Source: an uncultured Veillonellaceae bacterium (lineage in GTDB: Bacteria; Bacillota; Negativicutes; JARBTT01). From it: a stretch of DNA of 64,000 nucleotides. The notes below the pieces were generated by a model, which saw nothing but the letters and a program-made list of their open reading frames with translations, ran no database searches and was not told the DNA's origin. Position numbers and translations under genes: made by a program. Of the stretch, positions 21,499 to 31,289 are shown in pieces (the stretch's first letter is position 1; each line of letters opens with the position of its first letter). The stretch covers positions 160,001-224,000 of the forward strand of contig CAWDTA010000005.1 in the NCBI GenBank assembly GCA_963805085.1. Direction: 5' to 3'.

Positions 21499-21656
21499 TG
21501 TGTTTCAAAAAACACACAACCTTAAAATTCAAGAGACTGTTACAAGATGGTCAAATGCTAGGCAGGGCGAGAACGCGAGTGAGGGCGTACGAGGTAGTAC
21601 GTTAAGCGAGTGCTCGCAGGAGCAACAACGCAGATGGGTATTTTGTAACAATCTCT
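21499..21656 (+). repeat. Structured interspersed repeat / MITE-like element, copy 1
   Basis: Terminal IRs AGAGACTGTTACAAGAT (21532-21548) / ATTTTGTAACAATCTCT (21640-21656); highly similar to 54029-54181. Confidence 0.85.
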
Positions 21657-21697
21657 ATAGCAGTTGAAATGGATGAAAGAATAAAGGAGTATTCGTT

Positions 21698-23155
21698 ATG
21701 GGAGAAATTACAGTCGTTGGACTTGGGCCGGGTTCGCTCGGTTTTATTACTTTAGAAACATGGGACAAGCTTGCTGGTGAGGACACGCTGCTGCTTAGAA
21801 CAACGAAACATCCGACCGTAGAAGAAATGAAAAAGCGCAATGTTACCTTTACTTCTTACGATCACATTTATGATACGAAAGCAACGTTTGAAGAGGTTTA
21901 TCAAGCCATTGCTCAAGATGTCGTCAATAGAGCAAAACAGGGGGATAATATCGTGTATGCAGTACCGGGAAGCCCATTGGTTGCTGAAAAAACAGTTATG
22001 TTAATTCGTGATTTTGCAATCGCTGAACATATAGCTGTGCATATTTTGCCCGGAATGAGTTTTATTGAGATTCTTTATGTAAAACTAGGAATCGATCCTA
22101 TTGATGGCTTAACGGTCATTGATAGTGAAGATATCGAGTCCTTACCAAAGGACATGCCAACGGCGATTGTAGTGACACAAGTATATAATCAACAGGTGGC
22201 CTCAAATGCGAAACTTAGTTTGATGGAAGCCTATCCAGATGATTTTCAGGTTACGTTATTGCACAATCTTGGCCTGCCCGATGAAGAAATTAGGGCAATA
22301 CCGCTTTACGAGCTTGATAGACAGCCAAACATCGATCACTTAACCAGTGTGTATATTCCAGCTTTTACACATCAGCAGCGAACGTTTGAACTCGCGCCAA
22401 TTGTAGACGTAATGCAGCGATTACGTTCGCCTGGTGGTTGCATCTGGGATATTGAACAAACCCATAAATCGTTACGTCGTTATATTGTTGAGGAAGTATA
22501 TGAAGTGCTGGAAGCCATTGATCTTGAAGATTCGGAACTTCTTTGTGAAGAATTGGGTGATTTATTACTACAAATTGTATTTCATGCACGGATGGCAGAA
22601 GAGACTTGTGAATTTACGATGCAGGATGTTGTTGATACCGTAACTGAAAAAATGATTCGCCGTCATCCACATGTATTTGGTGATGTTTCTGTACGTGATG
22701 CTGGTGAGGTTGTCCTGAATTGGGATGCCATAAAGAAAGAAGAAAAAGGCGATCAACGTAAATCTATTTTAGACGGCGTACCAAAAGATTTACCGAGTTT
22801 AATGAGAGCCTATAAATTACAACATAAAGCTGCGAAAGTCGGGTTTGATTGGGATAATATTGCGCCAGTTTGGGATAAAATAAATGAAGAGATTGCCGAA
22901 TTGAAAAAAGCGATAAAAGAAAATGATCAATCAGAGATTGAAGCCGAATTTGGTGATGTATTGTTTTCGATTGTCAACTTATCGCGATTCTTAAATGTTG
23001 ATGCAGAAGTTAGCTTAAATATGACGAATAATAAGTTCATTCGTCGGTTTTCTTATATAGAAAACAATGTAAAAGAGAAGGGGAAAGAGTGGAAAAAAGT
23101 CACTTTAAAAGAGCTAAATCAGTACTGGGATGAGTCAAAAGTTTCATATTTATAA
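21698..23155 (+). CDS. mazG: YabN: tetrapyrrole methylase-like domain plus MazG pyrophosphohydrolase
   Basis: VVGLGPG, YAVPGSPLVAE, LRSPGGCIWD..QTH, EELGDLLLQ, RRHPHVFG, EFGDVLF. Confidence 0.93.
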   Translation: MGEITVVGLGPGSLGFITLETWDKLAGEDTLLLRTTKHPTVEEMKKRNVTFTSYDHIYDTKATFEEVYQAIAQDVVNRAKQGDNIVYAVPGSPLVAEKTVMLIRDFAIAEHIAVHILPGMSFIEILYVKLGIDPIDGLTVIDSEDIESLPKDMPTAIVVTQVYNQQVASNAKLSLMEAYPDDFQVTLLHNLGLPDEEIRAIPLYELDRQPNIDHLTSVYIPAFTHQQRTFELAPIVDVMQRLRSPGGCIWDIEQTHKSLRRYIVEEVYEVLEAIDLEDSELLCEELGDLLLQIVFHARMAEETCEFTMQDVVDTVTEKMIRRHPHVFGDVSVRDAGEVVLNWDAIKKEEKGDQRKSILDGVPKDLPSLMRAYKLQHKAAKVGFDWDNIAPVWDKINEEIAELKKAIKENDQSEIEAEFGDVLFSIVNLSRFLNVDAEVSLNMTNNKFIRRFSYIENNVKEKGKEWKKVTLKELNQYWDESKVSYL

Positions 23156-23258
23156 GAATATCGCGAAATTTTGGCAATTTTTTTTCCAAATAAAGAGGAA
23201 TAAATCAAGTAATAGCGAATTAAGCTATTCGTAATCATTTCAAAAGGAGGCTAATTTT

Positions 23259-23534
23259 GTGAATAAAACTGAATTAGTAGCTAGTGTAGCAGAAAAGGCT
23301 GGCTTAACAAAAAAAGATGCTGAGAAAGCGGTAAATGCATTATTTGCAAGTGTTGAAGAAGCATTAGTGGCAAATGATAAAGTGCAAGTAATTGGGTTTG
23401 GTACTTTTGAAGTAAAAGAACGCGAAGCAAGAAAAGGTCGCAACCCACAAACTGGTGCAGAAATAACAATTCCTGCATCTAAAAATCCTGTATTCAAAGC
23501 AGGTAAAGGTCTTAAAGACGCTGTTAATATGTAA
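23259..23534 (+). CDS. hup: DNA-binding protein HU
   Basis: MNKTELV, GFGTFEV, GRNPQTG, PVFKAGK; sigma-H-like promoter AGAGGAA..GCGAAT (23194-23220); terminator at about 23543-23570. Confidence 0.98.
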   Translation: MNKTELVASVAEKAGLTKKDAEKAVNALFASVEEALVANDKVQVIGFGTFEVKEREARKGRNPQTGAEITIPASKNPVFKAGKGLKDAVNM

Positions 23535-23626
23535 TAAAAACGAAACCAGGTGTAATCGCCTGGTTTTTGTTTTATCTTGATCTAAAAACCGCTTGACCAA
23601 ATCATCGTGGAAGTAGAGAGATTTTG

Positions 23627-23866
23627 ATGGCTAAAAAAATGAAAATTATGGTTGTAGGAACGTTATCTTTTGTTAGTATGGTGATTATTTTTACTTTTTT
23701 ATTTATCAACTTACTCCAACATAATTTTATAGGGAACAACAATACAATGAGCTCTGGCATAGCACAAGCCCCTGGCGCTTTTGGGGGACTGGTATTCGGT
23801 GATATGATGTCAGTATTGGTCATTCTTGTATTTATGAGCGGCCTTATTTATTTTATAGCAAAATAA
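23627..23866 (+). CDS. Small two-TM membrane protein, unknown function
   Basis: Two hydrophobic segments; plausible SD AGAGAG; same strand as neighbours. Confidence 0.55.
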   Translation: MAKKMKIMVVGTLSFVSMVIIFTFLFINLLQHNFIGNNNTMSSGIAQAPGAFGGLVFGDMMSVLVILVFMSGLIYFIAK

Positions 23867-23907
23867 TGATATTATAAAAGCAGGTAAGGAAGGATAGGAG
23901 TGTTTTT

Positions 23908-24201
23908 ATGATTCAATGTCAGAAATGTAATAAGAGTATTCCTGAGGAAAAGGGACTTGTAAATACAAATACACAGACCAATGAAAAAATGGTCATATGT
24001 GAAGAGTGCTTTAAAGAATATATGGGCGTTGATTATAAGACATTTCAAGTGCGAAAAGAAAATGCAAAGCAAGGCTGCTTAGCGACGGTGGTTTGTCTAT
24101 TTGTTACAGTTTACGCATTTATGGAGTATGGAGTGTTATATGGTGTTGTCGGTTTAATCGCCACTGGGGTGATCTATTATTTTTCAGCTAAAATTAGGTA
24201 A
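23908..24201 (+). CDS. Zn-finger (CxxC..CxxC) plus two-TM hypothetical protein
   Basis: CQKC and CEEC, hydrophobic C-terminus, SD AGGAG; stop overlaps an in-frame ATG of the downstream regulator. Confidence 0.75.
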   Translation: MIQCQKCNKSIPEEKGLVNTNTQTNEKMVICEECFKEYMGVDYKTFQVRKENAKQGCLATVVCLFVTVYAFMEYGVLYGVVGLIATGVIYYFSAKIR

Positions 24202-24215
24202 TGATGGAGGAAAAA

Positions 24216-24908
24216 ATGCAACACAAGATATTGGTCGTTGATGATGAACAATCGATTCGTGAACTTATAACGTTTAATCTTGAAAAGGCTGGTTTTCAAG
24301 TCCTTTGCGCGGAAGATGGGTTAGAAGCATTAAGTTTGGTGCGGGCTAAAGTCGATTTGGTTATACTTGATTTGATGTTGCCGGCAATTGATGGACTAGA
24401 GGTCTGCCGACGTTTGAAAGGCGAACAACAAACAGCAGGTATTCCCGTGATTATGCTAACGGCAAAAGATGAAGAAATCGATAAAATTTTAGGCTTAGAG
24501 CTAGGGGCAGATGATTATTTGACCAAACCCTTTAGTCCGCGGGAATTGGTCGCTCGAATTAAAGCAGTGCTACGTCGGAGTTCAAAAGAAATTTCATCAA
24601 TTGGACAGCTTAGTATTGGTGAGCTAAAGATGAATTTTAATAGCTATGAAGTATTTTTGGGCAAAGAAAGTTTAGAGTTAACCCCAAAAGAGTATGAATT
24701 GCTAAAATTATTTTTGACCAACATTGGTAAAGCATATTCTAGAGAACAATTGCTTGATCAAATTTGGGGTTATGAATACTATGGTGATACGCGAACGGTG
24801 GATGTGCATATCAGACATTTGCGGGCGAAGCTAAGCGGAGATCCGAAAGTAAGTGAAGCCATTGAAACAATTCGTGGGGTAGGGTATCGTTTTACGAATA
24901 TTAAATAG
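24216..24908 (+). CDS. phoP: OmpR-family response regulator PhoP/PhoB
   Basis: Receiver domain plus winged helix with YGDTRTVDVHIRHLR; near pstB-phoU and a PhoR-like kinase. Start may be 24201. Confidence 0.8.
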   Translation: MQHKILVVDDEQSIRELITFNLEKAGFQVLCAEDGLEALSLVRAKVDLVILDLMLPAIDGLEVCRRLKGEQQTAGIPVIMLTAKDEEIDKILGLELGADDYLTKPFSPRELVARIKAVLRRSSKEISSIGQLSIGELKMNFNSYEVFLGKESLELTPKEYELLKLFLTNIGKAYSREQLLDQIWGYEYYGDTRTVDVHIRHLRAKLSGDPKVSEAIETIRGVGYRFTNIK

Positions 24909-24930
24909 CGTAGTTGACGAGGGAGTTTTC

Positions 24931-25695
24931 ATGAATCATACAATGAAGAAGGTCGCCGTTATTACGGGCGGGACATCAGGAATTGGGTTGGCAAGTGCCA
25001 AATTATTTTTAGAGCAAGGATACCGGGTGGTTTTAATTGGCCGTACCTTGGAAAAAGGTCGGGTAGCATTGGAAGCTCTTAATGCAGATCAGGCACTGGC
25101 AATATATGTGCAGGGGAATATTGCACATATAAAAGAATGTAAGCGGATGATTACGGAAATCATTGCGCAATTTGGACAAATTGATGTACTCGTCAATGCA
25201 GCGGGAATTTATTTTGAAAAAGCACTGCTTGATATGACGGAAGAGGCGTATGAACAAATCATGGATGTGAATGTGAAAGGTACCTATTTCATGTGCCAAC
25301 AGACGATAGAATATTTACAAAAAAGCCCAGCTGGTGCAATTGTTAACGTATCTTCTGATGCAGGGCTGAATGGAAATTTTCTCTGCTCGGCCTATTGCGC
25401 TTCAAAAGGAGCTGTTACCGTTTTTAGTAAGGCACTAGCATTGGAACTAGCACCATATCATATTCGCGTGAATTGTGTTTGTCCTGGCGATATAGATACC
25501 CCACTTACAAGGGCACAATTTCGCAATCCAATGGATCCAGCAGAGGAACTTCGTGAGATGACGAGCGTTTATCCAATTGGTCGTATTGGCAAAGCCGAAG
25601 AAGTCGCAGAAGTGATTTGTTTTCTAGCCTCAAGCAAAGCAAGTTTTGTCGTCGGAGCCGCTTGGAGCGTCGATGGTGGGGTAACCGCATATTAG
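24931..25695 (+). CDS. Short-chain dehydrogenase/reductase
   Basis: TGGTSGIG, LVNAAG, YCASK, IRVNCVCPG. Confidence 0.93.
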   Translation: MNHTMKKVAVITGGTSGIGLASAKLFLEQGYRVVLIGRTLEKGRVALEALNADQALAIYVQGNIAHIKECKRMITEIIAQFGQIDVLVNAAGIYFEKALLDMTEEAYEQIMDVNVKGTYFMCQQTIEYLQKSPAGAIVNVSSDAGLNGNFLCSAYCASKGAVTVFSKALALELAPYHIRVNCVCPGDIDTPLTRAQFRNPMDPAEELREMTSVYPIGRIGKAEEVAEVICFLASSKASFVVGAAWSVDGGVTAY

Positions 25696-25728
25696 TATAG
25701 TCTAAAAGATATTATAAACTATGGACAG

Positions 25729-25870
25729 ATAGGCAGCGGGTCGGCGTTAAGTACCCATCTGCGTCGTTACAGAAAGGTAACGCTCGTCGACGTACGGGGC
25801 ACAGTACGGCTCCTTAGCAACCCTTTACTGTGCCTAGCATCTGGGAACTTCTCACCAACCGGCAGCCTAT
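25729..25870 (-). repeat. Structured interspersed repeat, divergent copy 3
   Basis: Minus strand carries CCAGATGCTAGGC, CGTAC..GTACGTCGA and AACGACGCAGATGGGTA as in copies 1 and 2, inside a different long terminal stem (ATAGGCTGCCGGTTGGTG / CGCCGACCCGCTGCCTAT). Confidence 0.75.
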
Positions 25871-26047
25871 TTTCGTATTAGCTTTAAGTGGAACGGATTT
25901 AGCTATTTTCTAAATCATCGACACAAATATCTTATTTTGTCTACAAGCTGAAAGGTATTACAAATGATATTGTAATACCTTTTTCTTTTGTATGAGGAGA
26001 AATTTATTGGCTCATACTACGTTTAGATGATGTTGAATGTTAGACAT

Positions 26048-26102
26048 TTAACACAATCTTAACAATTTTATAACAAATATGTCTTACGATTCATGGTATA
26101 GT
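26048..26102 (+). promoter_or_regulatory. Pho box array and extended -10 for pstB-phoU
   Basis: TTAACA (26048), TTAACA (26059), ATAACA (26070) at an 11-bp period; TGGTATAGT at 26094-26102. Confidence 0.75.
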
Positions 26103-26144
26103 TCCTGTATGCAAAGAGAAAATCACGATGGAGGAGTTCTATCT

Positions 26145-26900
26145 ATGGACTATAAAATTCAAGCGAATAAAGTCAATTTATTCTACGGCCAAGCGCAAGC
26201 CTTAAAGCAAATATCACTCAATGTAGAACCAAATACAGTTGTTGCCTTAATTGGTCCATCCGGATGCGGTAAGTCAACTTTTTTAAAGACGTTAAATCGA
26301 ATGAATGATTTGATTGAGAGCGTGCGAATTGAAGGCGATATTTTACTTGATGGAGTAAATCTTTATAAACCTGATACTGATGTTGTTATGCTTCGTAAAC
26401 GGATGGGAATGGTATTCCAACGCCCAAATCCATTTCCGATGTCAATTTATGATAATATTGCCTATGGGCCACGTATTCATGGAATAAAAAATAAAAAAAT
26501 ACTTGGTGAATTGGTGGAAACAAGTCTGCAAGGGGCGGCTCTTTGGGATGAAGTAAAAGATAGATTAAATGCTTCGGCGATGGGAATGTCCGGTGGGCAA
26601 CAGCAGAGGTTATGTATTGCACGGCTATTAGCTGTAGAACCAGAAGTATTATTGATGGATGAACCTTGCTCGGCCCTCGACCCAATCTCTACGATGAAAA
26701 TTGAAGAATTGGTTACTGAATTAAAACAAAAATATACAATTGTTATGGTTACGCATAATATGCAACAAGCGGCACGTGTATCGGATTATACAGCTTTCTT
26801 TTTGAACGGTAGTTTAATTGAACATGATAAAACCGATGTGATTTTTACTCGTCCGTCCAATAAAAAAACAGAGGACTATATTACGGGGCGTTTTGGTTGA
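26145..26900 (+). CDS. pstB: Phosphate ABC transporter ATPase
   Basis: [42 protein letters not shown]; ATG 26145 after GGAGG. Confidence 0.97.
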   Translation: MDYKIQANKVNLFYGQAQALKQISLNVEPNTVVALIGPSGCGKSTFLKTLNRMNDLIESVRIEGDILLDGVNLYKPDTDVVMLRKRMGMVFQRPNPFPMSIYDNIAYGPRIHGIKNKKILGELVETSLQGAALWDEVKDRLNASAMGMSGGQQQRLCIARLLAVEPEVLLMDEPCSALDPISTMKIEELVTELKQKYTIVMVTHNMQQAARVSDYTAFFLNGSLIEHDKTDVIFTRPSNKKTEDYITGRFG

Positions 26901-26930
26901 TAATTCATAATTTTAAAGGGGGGTATCAAT

Positions 26931-27596
26931 ATGGTAGGCGTTACAAGACAAGCGTATATCGAGGAATTGGAGACACTGAGAAAAGAAATCAGTGAAATGG
27001 GTATGGCAGTTGATAAAGGGTTAAAAGATTCTATGACTGCTTTAATAAATCGTGATATGCAATTAGCAAAAAAAGTCATGCTCGATGACGATGTTATTGA
27101 TGTAATGAATGTTAAAATCGAAGATAGTTGTATGTTACTTATCGCTAGGCAACAACCAATCGCGCGTGATTTAAGAATTATTGCAACTGGACTTAAAATT
27201 TCCACTGATTTAGAACGTATTGGGGACCACGCGCATGACATTGCTAAAACAACAATGGATTTTGATGAACAATCTTTTGTGAAAAAATTGGTGGACATTC
27301 CGCAAATGGCTGAATTTGCTGGCAAAATGCTGCGAGATGCTATCAAAGCCTATAATACCTTTGATGTAGCCTTAGCAGAACAAGTTTGTTTAGATGATGA
27401 TAAAGTTGATGAGCTTTATGCAAAGACGTTTAGAGAGCTATCAAAGTTTGTTGTTGATGATGCGGCTATGGTAAAGCAAGCAACGCAATTAATTTTTATC
27501 GCTCGTTATTTAGAACGTGTTGCCGATCATGCAACTAATATTGCTGAATGGGTAATTTATTTGGTTACAGCAGAACGAATTCGTAAAGATAGATAA
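26931..27596 (+). CDS. phoU: Phosphate signalling protein PhoU
   Basis: RQQPIARDLR, DLERIGDH, YLERVADHATNIAEWV. Confidence 0.96.
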   Translation: MVGVTRQAYIEELETLRKEISEMGMAVDKGLKDSMTALINRDMQLAKKVMLDDDVIDVMNVKIEDSCMLLIARQQPIARDLRIIATGLKISTDLERIGDHAHDIAKTTMDFDEQSFVKKLVDIPQMAEFAGKMLRDAIKAYNTFDVALAEQVCLDDDKVDELYAKTFRELSKFVVDDAAMVKQATQLIFIARYLERVADHATNIAEWVIYLVTAERIRKDR

Positions 27597-27600
27597 CGCT

Positions 27601-27672
27601 ATAGGAGTATAAATAAAATGAGCTATTGCAAAATTGAAATTTTGCAATAGCTCATTTTATTTATACTCCTAT
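27601..27672. terminator. Bidirectional terminator, perfect 35-bp inverted repeat
   Basis: 27601-27635 is the exact reverse complement of 27638-27672; lies between convergent phoU and phoR. Confidence 0.85.
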
Positions 27673-27673
27673 T

Positions 27674-29452
27674 TTATTTTGTCAAGGGAATGTTGAAGGT
27701 AAACGTTGTCCCTATATTGATCTTACTTTCGACCTTAATTTTACCACCAAAAATTTCGATGATAAAGCGCACGAGTGATAAGCCAATACCTGAACCACCC
27801 TCTTTACGGGAGCGTGCCCTATCCGCGCGATAGAATCGGTCAAAAATGAAGGGGAGGTCTGCTGGTGCGATACCAATACCACTATCTTTTACACTAACCC
27901 AAATATGATCCTCTTGCTGCCAGCACTTTAATACGATTTCTCCTTGATTTGGTGTATATTTTATGGCATTTTCAACTAAATTAATGATAAGTTGCATCAT
28001 CCAATCATAATTGGCTTTCAGTGTGGGAAGATCTTGAGGAACCTCGAGCGAAAATGTTTGGTTTTTATCAGTAATTAGTGGCAATAATTTTTGAGTTGCT
28101 GCTTGGAAAACTTGCTTGATATCAATATAGTCTAATTGAATTTGTTTTCGATATTCTTTTGTGTCCAGCTTCGCAAGTTGTAATAAATCTTTAATCAAAC
28201 GATGCATTCGCTCAGATTCAGTGTGAATAATGCCGACGAATTTTTGACTGAGCGCAGGACTTTCCAGAGCCCCGTCTAGTAGTGTTTCAGCAAACCCTTT
28301 GATGGAGGTCAGCGGTGTTGCAAGTTCATGCGAAGCGTTGGTGACGAACTCTACCTGCCTGTCGTATATTTCTTGCATAACCGAGACATCATGGAAAACA
28401 CTAAGGACACTAGTCGTATCATCGCCACTTGCAATTGGAGCAAAAAATATTTGGAAGGTCTTTGGTGTATCTTGAATTTTAATTTTTAAGTGTATTGATT
28501 TACTTTGCTTTGTGGATAAAACATCGGTAGCGGTAGATGTGATAAGACTATTGCCGATTACGCTAATGCTATGTTTTCCTAGCATAGATGGTGAAATAGC
28601 AAAAAGCTCCTTCGCAGTTTTATTTGCTGTCGTTACATTACCATAACTGTCTAGTAAAATAACAGCGTTATCCATATTTTCCAAAATTAACGATAACTTT
28701 TTTGCTTCCGAATCAATTTCTATGATTTTTTCTTCGAGTTTAGAAGTCAAATGGTTAAGGGTATGGGCAAGAACTTCGATTTCATCATTGGTGTGTAGAT
28801 GAATACGTTCACTAATATGACCGTCGGCAATTCTTTCGGCAATTGCTGTAATCTCTTTGATGGGCTTCGTGTTTTTATACGCGAGCCAAGCACCAACTAG
28901 AATTGTGATAAAAATAGTAACCACGAGTGCTGATAGTATAACGGTTTTTGTGGAATTATAACTTTCTTCGATCGGCGTTAATGTTGTAGCAGTACGGACG
29001 ATGCCCAAAAGATGACTGTTTCGGTAAAAAGGTATTGCAACATACAGCATATTTTGTTCTATTGTTGTACTATAACGAATTGCTGTCGCATAATCACTAT
29101 GAAAGGCAGCTTGTATTTCTTGACGTTCTAAATGATTATCTAGGTCAGAAGCGTTTTCCCAGGAATCAGCAAGAACATTACCGGATAAATCAAGGATAGT
29201 AATTCTAAGATTTACCATACTGCTGATCTTTTTAATTTCAGTTTCTATATTAGCTTGTTTGCTAGAGTCAGAAAGAGTTGGTTCTAGTGTGGTTTCGATT
29301 ATTTTAGCATTATTAATTAAGTGAAGTGTCTCGTTTTCTAGGTTTTGTGTATAAAAAAAATGTAATAAGTAAGCACCTAGTAAAGATAATGATAAAATGG
29401 TTATAATAAGAGTAGAAAAAATGATACGATTACGTATGCCAAGTGGAAACAT
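27674..29452 (-). CDS. phoR: Sensor histidine kinase, PhoR-like (TM-sensor-HAMP-PAS-HisKA-HATPase)
   Basis: DNHLERQEI...RYSTT sensor motif, FVTNASHELATPLTSIKGFAETLL, NLVENAIKYT, RFYRAD, GGSGIGL. Confidence 0.85.
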   Translation of the reverse strand: MFPLGIRNRIIFSTLIITILSLSLLGAYLLHFFYTQNLENETLHLINNAKIIETTLEPTLSDSSKQANIETEIKKISSMVNLRITILDLSGNVLADSWENASDLDNHLERQEIQAAFHSDYATAIRYSTTIEQNMLYVAIPFYRNSHLLGIVRTATTLTPIEESYNSTKTVILSALVVTIFITILVGAWLAYKNTKPIKEITAIAERIADGHISERIHLHTNDEIEVLAHTLNHLTSKLEEKIIEIDSEAKKLSLILENMDNAVILLDSYGNVTTANKTAKELFAISPSMLGKHSISVIGNSLITSTATDVLSTKQSKSIHLKIKIQDTPKTFQIFFAPIASGDDTTSVLSVFHDVSVMQEIYDRQVEFVTNASHELATPLTSIKGFAETLLDGALESPALSQKFVGIIHTESERMHRLIKDLLQLAKLDTKEYRKQIQLDYIDIKQVFQAATQKLLPLITDKNQTFSLEVPQDLPTLKANYDWMMQLIINLVENAIKYTPNQGEIVLKCWQQEDHIWVSVKDSGIGIAPADLPFIFDRFYRADRARSRKEGGSGIGLSLVRFIIEIFGGKIKVESKINIGTTFTFNIPLTK

Positions 29453-29599
29453 AAAGGACCTCCTTATCGTTCGATTTTATGGCTATGTGAGTAAAATATA
29501 ATAATAAATCATAAAAAATAAATTGATTTTCTAATTATAGCTTAACAAAACAGCTACTTTATATTATAGTATATAAGAGGTTGGTTGGAGGACTAAAAT

Positions 29600-30757
29600 A
29601 TGTATTCAAACAAAAAAAGTTTTCTTATTGTTACGGCTTCTATTGGTGCAGGCCATAATCGAGCAGCAGAGGCAATCGGCAATGAGATAAAAATTAAATA
29701 TCCACAGGCTGAGATACATATTGTTGATTTTATGTCAACAAAGACGGCTTATCTCAATGGAATTTTAAAAGAGGCCTATTTAAAGATGTTAAGTCTAGTA
29801 CCTGATATGTACGAGTTTTTATATAGTTTTACACGTGGTAAATTTCAGGGATTTTCAGTGCAAAGTCTATTGGCATTGGCGATGAAGAATGATATGGAAT
29901 CACTGGTAAGGCGTTATCATGCCGATGTTGTAATTTGTACGCATCCATTTCCTTGTGCAGCCGCGGCACATTTGAAGAAAACAAATCAAGTGGATGTTAT
30001 CCTCGGAGGAGTTATCACAGACTTTTCAATTCACCAATTATGGGTGTATAAAAATGTCGATTTGTATTTTGTTGGTAATGAGATGCTGCGCAGTGAACTT
30101 GCTCAAAAGGGAATTGAAGCGTGGCGTATTTATGATACGGGAATTCCCATCGATAGTTATTTTAACCAAAGTTATGATAAAGCAGTATTAACGGAAAAAT
30201 TACAATTGGATATTACCAGTCCAATCATTTTGATTATGGGCGGTGGACTCGGACTGGGTGGTGTTAGTATGGCTTTAAAAAGTTTAGAAGAGCTTAAGGC
30301 AAAGGTGCAAATTATTGTCGTTGCTGGTGAAAATCAAAATTTATGGGCAAATTTGAAACTGCAAGCCAGTAAATCAAAACATCATATTCAAGTTTGGGGA
30401 TTTTCGAATACTGTGCAAGAGTTAATGGCAGTATCGACCATTCTGATTAGTAAGCCTGGCGCGCTTACTATTAGTGAGGCATTGGCGATGGAATTGCCGA
30501 TGATTTTGAATGAGCCAATTCCAGGGCAGGAAAAAGAAAATGCGGCTTATGTAGAAAATACAGGTTCAGCGATTTGGATTAAGGATAGCGCTAAGTTGAC
30601 TAGCGTAGTTGAAGAATTAATTTCCCAACCGGAAAAACTAATCGCAATGCGGCAACAAGCCCAAAAATATAAAAGACCAGAGGCTGCCCATGATATTGTT
30701 AAACATATTGCAGCCCATATAAACAAACAAGAACAAGTTGTCGGATTAAGTATGTAA
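29600..30757 (+). CDS. MGDG synthase / UgtP-family diacylglycerol glycosyltransferase
   Basis: TASIGAGHNRAA, ICTHPF, VITDF..H, TGIPI, MGGGLG, KPGALT.SEA, PIPGQEKEN. Confidence 0.9.
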   Translation: MYSNKKSFLIVTASIGAGHNRAAEAIGNEIKIKYPQAEIHIVDFMSTKTAYLNGILKEAYLKMLSLVPDMYEFLYSFTRGKFQGFSVQSLLALAMKNDMESLVRRYHADVVICTHPFPCAAAAHLKKTNQVDVILGGVITDFSIHQLWVYKNVDLYFVGNEMLRSELAQKGIEAWRIYDTGIPIDSYFNQSYDKAVLTEKLQLDITSPIILIMGGGLGLGGVSMALKSLEELKAKVQIIVVAGENQNLWANLKLQASKSKHHIQVWGFSNTVQELMAVSTILISKPGALTISEALAMELPMILNEPIPGQEKENAAYVENTGSAIWIKDSAKLTSVVEELISQPEKLIAMRQQAQKYKRPEAAHDIVKHIAAHINKQEQVVGLSM

Positions 30758-30961
30758 GCGGAAACACCTTATGAAATTTGTGAGTAAGGTGTTTTTCATT
30801 GGTTATAGAGAAATAACATAAAATTTCAAAATAATTGTAAATAAAAGATAAGATTTCATTAATTAAATTAGGTGAACACAATGAAACACCAAAATATAGG
30901 TATACAATAAAATGGGACTATGGTATCATGAATTTATAACAAGAAAGTTGTGGTGAGAAGA

Positions 30962-31174
30962 ATGGATCCTGTAAAAATAGTAAAAGATAGTGACGGTGTT
31001 TGTGAATGTCCGCAATGTGCAAATGCTTTACGATATATAGAAGCGCAGCCAGTAACTGTAGTGGATGGTAAGTTAAATCTTGCTGATAGTGAAGCGCATT
31101 ATAAATGTGAGTCATGTCATTTATCATTTCGTCGATTAGTTCATACAGAGTATTTTCAATGTTATACTAAATAA
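30962..31174 (+). CDS. Small Zn-ribbon hypothetical protein
   Basis: CPQC...CESC; followed by a 25-bp perfect IR terminator (31173-31230). Confidence 0.65.
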   Translation: MDPVKIVKDSDGVCECPQCANALRYIEAQPVTVVDGKLNLADSEAHYKCESCHLSFRRLVHTEYFQCYTK

Positions 31175-31289
31175 AAATAAAAGTGCAAATTATTTTATGC
31201 TTTACTAAAATAATTTGCACTTTTATTTTTTCTAGCGGTTGATGAATGCAGTATCCTATGCGATAATTAAAAATAAAAAGTTGGTGAAC

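Noticed and set aside
25785-25815. GAGCCGTAC...CGTACG in repeat copy 3 resembling group II intron domain V
   Set aside because: Lacks the 34-nt domain V geometry, GNRA loop and domain VI, and is not kept in copies 1 and 2. No hammerhead core either.
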